Of a stretch of 64,000 bases of DNA, positions 14,083 to 24,224 are shown piece after piece. Source of the DNA: Paramoeba atlantica (Eukaryota > Protista > Discosea); contig CDRNVI010000156.1 in assembly GCA_977017575.1 (NCBI GenBank), positions 62,001 to 126,000 on the forward strand, given 5' to 3'. A program made the translations under genes and the position numbers. The notes under the pieces are model-generated. The model did not search any database, was not told where the DNA came from, and saw only the letters and a list, made by a program, of their open reading frames with translations. Position 1 is the first letter of the stretch, and each line of letters starts with the position of its first letter.

Positions 14083-14194
14083 TCCTTGATTATTGATTCT
14101 TGAGGTACTTTTTGAAAAAACATTCTCTCAATATTTCGTTCAAATGATCCAAAAAAATATTTATCTTTTTTTTTTTTTGGTAGAGAAAGAAATC

Positions 14195-16768
14195 TTATGG
14201 AGCTCGCTCATTATCTTGACGAGGGGCATCATGAGGATAATCTTGAACTAAAATCACTTCAATTGCTTTATCTGATGGAGGGTCAAGGTTTCTGAAGTAA
14301 ACAGTGAGCGCATTTTCCGCATTCACGAAGTAAGGTTCATCGCCAATGAGATCCTACATATTGAGAAGAGGAAGGAAAAGATTGTTTGGTTGAGTTATCA
14401 AAAAAAAAAAAAAAGGAAAGAAGAGTCTTGTTGGTGAGTGAAGATCTCTTCACAACATTCTTGAAAGAAAGAAAATGAAAAAAGATACCCCAGCATCATT
14501 GTAAAACTGATAAGTGTATTGTCCTTGTGTTGGTTCATCATAAGCACTATTTAAGAAAATCAAATTTAAGACATCTTCGAAAAAGAAAAATGAAAAAGAA
14601 GAAGATTTTAAAAAATGGAACCTGGAAGTGAATTGAGCAATTTTGCTGGCCACAAGAAACCCATTTCGATACACAGTCACATCTTTTTTGGAGAAAAAAA
14701 TAAAATTAATTGAATTTTTGTTGTATTTTTTTTGTGTGTGTTTTTTTTTTGACAAAGCAAAGGAGAAAGGGAGGGAAAGAAAACCTTGGTTAGCAAGATT
14801 AATAAATCTGATCATTCCCTTTGTTTGTTTAACAGTATTGTCATCATCGAAAAGGAGCAACTAAAAGAAAGAGAGAGATCAGAGATAATTATGGGTGTGT
14901 AAGGTCGATCATCAATCTTCATCAATCAACATTTAAAAAAATTGAAAAGAAAAGAAAGAAAACCTGGCCACCACTTCCACCACCAGGAGCATCAGTGACC
15001 ACAAGAGTATGCCAAGTATTAACAGTGGTATCAACACTCACAGTTCCAATCAAAGCTCCAGTGTTCTGATAATAAGCTAAAGAAAAAGAAAAGTATTGAG
15101 TTTCTAATTTTGATTGGGATTGGTAAAAAAAAAAAAAGAAAGGTGAAAAAAGACAAACCAGAAAATTTTTGGAGTCCTTGATTTGGGGGACCATCAATGT
15201 AGTAAGTCTACAACATCAAAACATTTAAAATACTTTTCTAAACAAATAAAATCAAATCAAAAAAACAAAAAAAACCTGTTCCAAAGCTCGAAGGAGAGGG
15301 GTTGACCAATTACCATTCTCTTCAATAAAGAAAATGGGTCCAACTCCTTCTCCCTATTTGAAATTGAACAATCGAACAAAAAAAAAGAAAAAACACTCGA
15401 ACAAAAACAAACAAAAATTTAATCACAAACAACAACAAAAAAAAAAGAGAAAGAGAAAAGAAAATCAAAACCCGGTTTTGAGCATTATAACCACGAACAT
15501 GAAGAACATCAGTTCGAGCAGGAGGTTCACGTGTTTGGTTGGGAATATTGTACAAATTTCCAACATTTCGGCAATTTCTGTTGTTTTTGTTTTATTTTTT
15601 ATATTAGAAAGAAGAGAGAAAAAGAAAGAGTGGAAAAGGAAGAAGACGAACGGAGGATAAGAAGGAGGGAGACTGACTTGGAATATTCTTGTCCCATCCT
15701 GATAAAAAATAATCATTTAATAATATGATTTATAAAAAAAAACAAAAGAGAATATGAAAACAATCACAAATAACAAATAATCTAAATCATAAATCATAAA
15801 ATAAATCACAAAATAATTTAAAATAAATCACAAAATAATTGAATAAAAATAACAAAAAAAAAAAAAGTGAACCAGACTCCCCAACTATGATGATCATTTC
15901 GTTCATATCCAGAATTAGGATGAACAAAGACAGAGAAAGGACCTCTATTTTGCATCATCCATGGAACAACATGAGCATAATCATCCAAAGTAAAGAAAGC
16001 GGCCCATTGAGAAACTGGGAATGGTCCAAATGGAACCTTTTGGTTTGTTTTTGAAAGAGAAAAAAGAATTAATTTCATTTAATTTCATCAAATGAATCAA
16101 AAAAAACAAATCATCCTTCATAGAAAAAAGAGAAAAAAACAAAAAAAAAACAAAAAAAAAAACAAAAAAAAAACAAAAAAATAAAACAAAAAAAAAAACC
16201 AAAGCAACAGGAAAGAGACACATCCTCCCCTGATCAAAATCACCCTCACAAGTGATATTGGAATCAAAAGGATTCAAATTAAACTCAGAAATGAACATAT
16301 CTCGAAGTGTCATTGCCTCGTCATATCCAGTGCATGCATCGCTCTTTTTGTTATGAAAAAGGGGAAAAGAAAAAGGAAGAAGAAAGGAGAGAGAGAGAGA
16401 GAAGAAGGAGAGAGAATTAGAAGAATTTTTTTGATATGAAACATGAAACTCTCTCTCTCTTTCCTCTTTGCCCAAAAAAATATTAAAAAAAAAAGAAAAA
16501 AAACCTGGTGTTCTGGTTGAAAGAGAACATGTACATGATAACTTCGGAATGGAGGAAGAGTTGGCGCTACCCAATCCTCTTTTTTTTAAAGAAAAGAAAG
16601 AAAAGAAAAAGAAGAAAAAAGAAGAAATGGATCAGTCATAAAAAATAGAAGAGATCAAAAAAGAAGAAAAAAAGGGTGAGAAAAACCTGTAACATCAGGA
16701 TATTTGGTTGGATGGGAGTAAACCACATCCAACACCAAAAAGCAAAAAAGAAGAAGAACACTTTTCAT
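14195..16768 (-). CDS. Secreted DOPA 4,5-dioxygenase-like protein with C-terminal DUF4397-like beta domains, multi-exon
   Basis: Signal peptide MKSVLLLFCFLVLDVVYS. Dioxygenase motifs SYHVHVLF, VPFGPFP..QW, VVPWMMQNRGPFSVFVHPNSGYERNDHHSWGVW-MG. Downstream exons (LHVRGYNA, TWHTLVVTD, LLLFDDDNTVKQTKGMIRFINLA, DVTVYRNG) resemble DUF4397. The fusion depends on my splice calls near 15700-15470. Confidence 0.68.
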
Positions 16769-17142
16769 TTTCTCTCTTTTCTCTCGTTTCGAAAAAGAAA
16801 ACGCTCTTTGGAAAAAAGAAAACAAAAAAAAACCAAAAAACCAAAAACCAAAAAAAACGAACAAAATTTTCCTAGAAGTGACGTCATTATTATTCACCAA
16901 ATTAAGCAAAATTTTGGTGGACACCACCGAAAATTTTTGATAATTTTTTCGAGTCTTTTTAACTTTATAACCATGCAATAAATACATATATGAATAATTC
17001 TAAAGTCCTTCAACTCCCTTTTTGAGGGTAGCAGCCGGTTCAAAGAACTTTCCTTCCGATGACACCGTTTGAATTTTCCTGAATCAGTTCTGCGAGAAAA
17101 TTCGTTCAGTTTTCGGGGCAGGGAAAAACATCTGCGGGGCTT

Positions 17143-19723
17143 TTAAAATTTTATCATCAGGGAGAGAGGACGTGGTGTGGTGGGAGGAGAAAAAGAGTTT
17201 TGGGGACTGTTTGGTTTGGGGGAAGTATGAGGAGGTCGAAGAGGAAATAATTCAATCGATTTTTGATAACACACTTCCTATTCTCAATAGATTTCAGGAA
17301 AAACAAACGACAAAAAAAAAAATTAAAAACTTGGGAAAGAAAAAAAAAAAAACCTCTGAGACAGAACGATCTTTCAACAGTTGAAGAAGAACAGTTTTGT
17401 CAATTGCCGGATCGAGTTCATAATCACATTTTTGATACCTCAAATATGATCTGATGGAAAATCCAATCTCCTGTTCTCAAATTAATTTAGAATTAACTCT
17501 TTCAAAAAAAAAAGTGAAAGGTTCCAAAAAAGAAAGAAAGAAAATAAAATCAAAACCGCCAGATGTGGCAAATTGAGGCACCCATTTTGGAAAGTTGTTT
17601 GATTTCCATCATACAAAAATCGAAGTTCCCTTAACTATATTCACACCAAAAAAAATGAATGAAATTTGTTTAGTTTTTAAAGTAAAAATCAAAAATAAAC
17701 AAAAAAACCTTTGGACTCAACCAAGGAAGTAAAGGAGGTTCAGTAAGACTCAGCACGTTTCGATATTCTCTGAAATTGAACTCTGGAAACAAGAATTGGT
17801 CCAACAATTCAAAGGTTCTTTTGTACTTTTCGAAAAAAAAGGAAGGATCAGTTTTGTGATTTGCAGCAAAATTATAAGCCAAAAAAAAGAAGAAAAGAAA
17901 AACTTTGGAATTGAGGTCAACCCACAATGGTTTTAACCGTCGAATAGATGCCTGATTCAAACCACTCACAACCGCTGCTACCCCCTCAAAATTGCGCATC
18001 TGTGGTGAATGGTGTCAGAAAAGATGGTACAAATGATATATATTTTTTGTTTTGTTTTGTTGTCGACAATAATAATAAAAAAAAAAGAGGAACCTTCCAG
18101 AATCGTTTTGCGAGTTTGATCGAAAAAATCAAGGTTGGGCGTCTTGCCGCTTCCTCACACGAAAGAATCGATTCAACAACTATTTCAGAGAGTCGATTGA
18201 AGTTTCCAATCATCTTCATCACATTAGGAGCTTTTTGGTATCGTTCCTCTTTCTGTGGTTACAAAAAAAATTAAGTACATTTGGATTCGAATCCCCCCAA
18301 GAAAGAGACATCGTTTTACATTCGAAAAGAAGAAGAACTATTCTTATACCTCCCAAGCTCCATCATGAAATTCTGAATATTGAATATTTTGATAAGATTG
18401 AAACATAATCGATGTTAGCGATTGTGCAACTTGAAGAACAGTTCCACACTTCATCAAATTCGTCCCTTTCCAAGCCTAATTTTGGGAGTTGTGAGAAGGG
18501 TTGTTTTCCTTCCTTTTGGAGGAAAAAAAAGAAAAAAAGAACCAAAATATGTGAAAAAGGAACTTCCAAAGAGTCAATTAAAAGATTCATTTCCCTTTTT
18601 TAAATAAAAATCATTGAATTGTCGAAAAGAAGGAGAAAACGAATGAAAGAAACACACAAAAAAAAGAAACCTGGTAAGAGAAGGGTAAAACGATCGATAA
18701 TACTTTCCAAATATTTTGTTCCAGATTTGAAGAATCTCGACAATGTCTTCCTTTTTTGAATTTGAAACTTCTTCATCAATCATTTGCTCCATCTTTCGTA
18801 GTAATTGAATCTGTCCCAATCGTTTTAGAGAGAAAATTGAAGAAGACTCTTTTTCCAAAGAAAAAAAAAGTCGAAACTGAATCAATTTGAACTTTCTCAA
18901 ATCCAATAAAGAAAAACTCCTTCTGTTCAAGAGACATTTGAAGTAAACTTTCGATGATCTGTTCATAATCAGTCTTTCCAAAGAGATGTTCTTCACAACG
19001 AAAAGAGTTCAAAGGTGAAGCAGAAGAAGTTGTAAAACCATGACTATACGTGTTTGATTTTGGTGATAATGAGAAAGAAGATGAAGAAGAAGATCCAAAA
19101 GGTTGAAGAGTTGGAGAAGTATGATTTCGTGGCGATTGGAATCTCTTTGCTGAAAACGGATTGAAGAAGAGATCATCTTCATCGTCGTCGATTCCAAGAT
19201 CCCCCGTGAATTTCTGAGTTTCTTTCTCTTTCAAACTCTGGGAGGAAAGAGGACTTTTATATCCCTTGAAGAGAAAAGAATTTCTTTTTAACTTTTTTGT
19301 TTTTGGAGTTGGAGGAGACATTGAGGACTGACGAGAGACCGAGGCCGGAGGAGAGACCGCTGAGGAACGTAGAGAAGAAGATTTCGAAGAAATGAAAGAG
19401 ATCTCAGGGGATGTTGGAGAAGATGATGAATGAGAACGAGGTGATTGAGGCAAAGGGAGAGATGGAGGAGAACTTGGAGGAGAATTTGTTGGAGAACTTG
19501 TTGTCGGAGGAGAAATAGGAGAACGAGGAGAACGTCGAAGAGATTTTGACTTTTTTGCCAACCCTCCTCCTGCCCCTGCTGGCGAACTTTTCTCTGTTCC
19601 TGGAAGGTGATCCTTGAAACAAGGTTCTGGGAGGGAATCACTCTTGATATTCTCTTGTTCTTGTTTCTTTTTTTTCTCTCTTCGTTTTGAGAAAAATTTT
19701 GGGAAAGTGGCATTTTTTTCCAT
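17143..19723 (-). CDS. RasGEF family protein (Ser/Pro-rich N-terminus, REM-like, CDC25)
   Basis: HLFGKTDYEQIIESLLQM..FFIGFEKVQID, GNFNRLSEIVVESILSCEE, NFEGVAAVVSGLNQASIRRLKPLW, FNFREYRNVL..PPLLPWLSPK, EVCYQKSIELFP. Intron positions match the other paralogs. Confidence 0.86.
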
Positions 19724-19874
19724 CTTTTTGCTCTTTGTCCCAAAAAAAAAAAAGTGTTTCCAAAAAAAGGAATTCAAAAAGAACGAGACACCAAAAAGAG
19801 AGAAAAATCAAAAAACCGTCGAAATTTCGATCAAATAATTTAAATAGCGCCCTTTAAAAAAGAGAATCTTTATT

Positions 19875-22800
19875 TTATTTCTTCTTGTCTGTTGGTTCTG
19901 TTGGTTCTGTTGGTAAATAAAAATGGGCACGGCCGTTTGAACAAGGATTCTTCAAAACCCCCAACTTCTGACAAGAAGAACAAAAATATTGTTGACAACC
20001 TAAACACGCAGCTCGATTTAAAGAATCTGCCTCAACGCAACATCGAGAACAGGGCACTGAACATTTTTCGATGGCTTGTCTGTTGGTTGGTTCTGTTGGT
20101 TCTGTTGGTTCTGTTGGTTCTGTTGGTAAATAATGATGGGCTCGCCCATTTGAACAAGGATTCTTCAAAACCCCCAACTTCTGACAAGAAGAACAAAAAT
20201 ATTGTTGACAACTTAAACATGCAGCTCGATCTAAGGAATCTGTCCCAACACAACATCGAGAACATGGCACTGAACATTTTTCGATGGCTTGTCTGTTGGT
20301 TGGTTCTGTTGGTTCTGTTGGTAAATAATGATGGGCTCGTCCATTTGAACAAGGATTCTTCAAAGCCCCCAACTTCTGACAAGAAGAACAAAAATATTGT
20401 TGACAACCTAAACACACAGCTCGATCTAAAGAATCTGTCCCAACGCAACATCGAGAACATTGCAAAGCTGGTAAATAATGATGGGCGAGTCCGTTCGAAC
20501 AAGGATTCTTCAAAACCCCCAACTTCTGACAAAAAAAACAAAAAGAATGTTGACAAGCTGAACAGATTGCTCGACTGAAAGAGTTTGTCTCAACACAACA
20601 TCGTGAACATTGTACCTTACATTCGAGGGTCACTTCCTTCTGACCTCCCTCCACTAAACAAGCATTGCGTACCAGAGAACCTGATTTCCTCTTATTCCTC
20701 TTTTCTGTTTAAAAAAAAATGAGTGGGAGAGAGTGGGTGGAAATCATAAAAAAAAAATGACCTGTACTCAGTCTTTTTAAGTCTTTTCTTGATGTTTTCT
20801 TTATGAGGCGTTTGGGAGTGGAAATATCAGAATTCCCTTCCCCCAGTGGTAAATGGGAGATATCAATGTACTCTTGTTTGACCGGAGTTCCTTCAATGGA
20901 GGGATTCTCCCCTTCCTCTCCCACTTCTTTTTCTTTTTCTCTTTTCCTTTTCTCTTCATCCTCTCCCTGAGGTGTAGGAGGAGTTTTGGGAGCGAAAGGA
21001 GAGCCAGAGAATTGTGGAGAGTTATCAGGAAGGGTGTGAGAAGCGAGATTGGGGGTATTTTGAAGAGAAGGAGTACGGGGGTACAACTCCAAAGATTTTT
21101 GATAACATTCATCCTATTCCATTTTCAATTCAGAAAAAATCAATATTTATGTGGGAAATAAAACAGGTCATCAGAATCACAAGGTGAAAGAGACCTTGGA
21201 GACAGAACGATCTTTCAATAATTGAAGAAGAGCAGTTTTGTCAATTGTTAGTTTGAATTCATATTCATAAGATTGGTATTTGAGGAATGATCTAATCGAA
21301 GATCCAATCTCCTATTAGTCATAATTTTTAGAATAACTCTTTGAAAATAATAAAAATAGAAAAAAAAAAAAAGAAGACCATCAGGTGTGGCAAATTGATA
21401 AAGCCAGTTTTTAATGTTGTTTGGTTTCCATCATACAAATATCGAAGTTCCCGTAACTGTTCACCCAGAACAAATGTAAATATCATAAAAATCCCAAAGA
21501 TCAGAAAAAAAAAACCTTTGGACTCAACCAAGGATGTAAAGGAGGTTCAGCAACACTCAGTGCATTTCGATATTCTTTGAAATTTCCTTCTGGTGATATC
21601 AGTTGGTTCAAGGTTTCAAACGTTCTTTTGTGCTTTTTGAAAAAAAATATTAATTTTTTGATTTCATTAAATCAGAAAAAGAAAAATAAACTCTGGAGCT
21701 GAGGTCAATCCACAATGGTTTTAATCGTCGAATAGGTGCTTGATTCAAACCACTCATAACTGCTGCTACCCCTTCAAAATTGTTCATCTGTGGTTTAATA
21801 AAATAGAAAGTGTAAATTGTTTGTCTTTTTTCAGATTTAGTTTTTTGTTTGGAGATAGACAAAAAAAAGGGACCTTCCGAAGTTGTTTTGCTAATTTAAT
21901 GAGATAAACCAACATTGGACGACGTGCTGCCTCTTCACATGAAAGAATTGATTCAACAACAATTTCAGAGATTCGATTGAAGTTGTGTGTCATTGTCATC
22001 ACATTTGGAGATTTTTGATATTTTTCTCCTTTCTGGGTGAGTAAAAAAGATAATAAAACAAAAAAACATTAATCATTATTTGAAAAACTAAAATGAAATG
22101 AATCAATTAACCTCCCAAGCTCCATCATAAAACTCTGAAAATTGAAGATTTTGATAAGATTGAAACATAATTGATGTCAATGATTGTGCAACTTCACCAA
22201 AAGTCCCATACATCATCAAATTTGTTCCTTTCCATGCCTATTTTTTGAACTGAGTTTCAAAAAAGAAGTTTCAAAAATTCAAAATGAAAAAAAGAAACCA
22301 AAATTTGTGAAAAAGAAACTTCCAAAGTGTTTAATAATGTTTTCATTCGACTATTGTTTTCATCAATTTAGAAGGTGATTGATGAGGAAAATAAGAGTAA
22401 AAGGGTAAAAAGAAAGATAAACCTTGCAACAGAAGGTAAGAATGATTGATAATATTTTCCACATGTCTTGTTCCAGAGTTGTAAAACTCTCACAATTTCT
22501 CCTTTTTTTGTCGTATCTTCTTTTTCTTCAATCATTTGTTCCATCTTTTCTAACAATTGAATCTGTGTGTGTGTGGGGAGGAGGAGGAGGAGGGGGAGAT
22601 AATAAATTGGTTGTGAGTCAAATTTGCGAAAATTGAAAAAGAAAAGTGAAAAACAGAAAAAAAACTAACTGGATCAATTTCAAATTTCTCAAAACCAACA
22701 AAAAAGAAATCTTCTTCTTCAGGAGGCATCTGGAGCAAACATTCAACGATCTTTCCATACTCATCCTTTTCAAAAAGATGATCTGTACTACAAAAGGATT

Positions 22801-23440
22801 TCTTCTTTGGGTGATGTATCGCGTCACTAATCGTTTTAGATCTTGGTGTTAAACCAAAAGGACGAAGAGAAGGACCTTCACTTGGAGTTTTGCAAAATCG
22901 GGGGGTCATTGGAGATCGACAGAGCGTCTTTTGGCTTTCTCCTCCTGTTGTCTCTCCTGTTGTTGATGACAATGGGCTCCTCTTTATCTTTGTGGGTTGA
23001 GTTTGTGAGAAAGAAACACTTGCAAAAAAAGAACGAGGAGAAGAGGGTGTGGGTGATGATTCAGAAGAGGGTGAAGGCGTCTGAACAGTAGTGGTGGGTG
23101 ATTGAGAGTGAGAGGATGAAGAAGGAAGAGGGTTCAATAAGATAGGTGTTACTTTAGTGGGAGGAATTGGAGAGGTAAGGGAAGGGTGCAAAGGGCGTGG
23201 AGAAGATTTAGTTTGAGTAGTTGGCAGAGGATCCTGGGGAGGTGGTTCACGAGAGCTATTGGATGGAGAGTCAGTCCTGAGTGGTGGGCATGATGATACG
23301 TGGTTGAGAATTGACTCGTAATCTGAGAAAGATTGGCTCCTTCTGCTCCGAGTCCGAATGCCATTCCTGCTGCTATTCCTGCTGCTGTCCTTCCGTTTTA
23401 AAAGGAAGACCTTTGGCCCAGGACTTTTTCTTGACTCCAT
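19875..23440 (-). CDS. RasGEF with 4 C-terminal Cys7-His (ZZ/IBR-like) zinc-finger repeats, array copy 1
   Basis: Starts MESRKSPG and has the full REM-like/CDC25 exon set. The exon DECYQKSLELYPRTPSL (homologous to the terminal EVCYQKSLELxP exon of the other paralogs) continues through a phase-1 intron into EKRNKRKSGSLVRNACLVEGGQKEVTLECKVQCSRCC... and four repeats (ORF 19875-20654). Confidence 0.83.
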
Positions 23441-24091
23441 CAATCGAGGCGGTGGGCAGTGGGGAAAAACTGAAAGTGATTCAATGACCGTCTATTTGTG
23501 GTTTGGAACGCTGAAAAAAACTCCCAAAAAATCAAACGGGGCGGGAAATAATAACCGGTTTTCAAATAACTCCTTCCAAAAATAGTCAAAATAAACCCAA
23601 ATTGCCCAAATAAGAGAAAACGATAAACCCAAAGAAATGTTTTTTTCGGGGTTGTTTTTGTTTTGTTTTCGTTTTTTTGTTTGTCCGCTTTTTTTTCCTT
23701 TTTTTCCTCCAATTTCTCTCCAATAATTTCGTTCCATGGGTTCCTCTTTGAAATGGATGCGCACAGTTTGAAGTTGGTTGAGGGGCGCACTCAGAGACTC
23801 AACACCCTAGAGCGAGGAATTGTGGGATATCAAATGAAGTGAAGAGAGACGAGTGGGGGAGTTGGAGGAGTTGGAGGAGTTGGAGGAGAGGTTGAGACTG
23901 CAATGCTGGGGAGAAACACTTGAAATGAATCAAGTTGTTATCTTTCACAAATACATTCTTGATATTTTTCGCTCTGATAAAACTGTAAAAGGGGTGACCT
24001 ATTATTCTTGTCAAAAAACAGAAAGGAATAAAAAAAAACAAATGGATCACTCAAGAACCTCGGAGGCAACCGCACCACCAGAGGAGGTGAG

Positions 24092-24224
24092 ACCCCAATT
24101 GGATCAATGCAACTTCATTCAATAAATCAAGCACTTTCTGAGTAATTGGAGGACTCCTGCTTGGTTTCTCTCTCTCTTCTCTCTTCTCTCTCTTCCTTAT
24201 TTCCCTTTCTCTCTTCTCTCTCTA
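24092..24224 (+). pseudogene. Fragment of the kexin-like gene (exon 39356-39427 plus following intron) with a nonsense change
   Basis: ACCCCAATTGGATCAATGCAACTTCATTCAATAAATCAAGCACTTTCTG matches 39356 onward. GGG CAA is changed to GAG TAA, and homology runs into the intron (CTTCCTTATTTCCCTT...CTCTATTT). Confidence 0.85.

Larger units (their letters stand above)
5491..14140 (+). repeat. Direct tandem segmental duplication, two units of about 4.3-4.4 kb (~5491-9875 and ~9887-14140)
   Basis: Both units start with AGAAGAAATTCACGGGTTTCGTTTG..CAACACCCGA and end with TTGATTATTGATTCTTGAGGTACTTTTTGAAAAAA. Exons and most introns are nearly identical. Confidence 0.92.

Noticed and set aside
18283-18296. 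GGATTCGAATCC palindrome resembling a tRNA T-arm
   Set aside because: No acceptor stem, D-arm or anticodon arm nearby; it is an isolated 12-bp palindrome in an intron.
19892-20578. Plus-strand repetitive ORFs (also 24146-24703, 27812-28501, 32057-32482) with LNKDSSKPPTSDKKNKN repeats
   Set aside because: Antisense reading of the Cys-rich repeats. The minus strand has the conserved Cys/His pattern and splices in frame to the RasGEF.
19880-20580. Regular direct repeats that might be taken for a CRISPR array
   Set aside because: The repeats are long protein-coding units with near-identical intervening sequence, there are no unique spacers or cas genes, and the context is eukaryotic.
20709-21092. 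Apparent stand-alone small genes starting M(E/D)LYPRT (also 24823, 28592, 32115)
   Set aside because: The ORF finder started at a TTG inside the exon DECYQKSLELYP, which is the terminal CDC25 exon of the upstream RasGEF.
23741-24091. Spacer cassette as a transposon or MITE
   Set aside because: No terminal inverted repeats, target-site duplications or transposase seen; the copies are explained by the tandem array itself.
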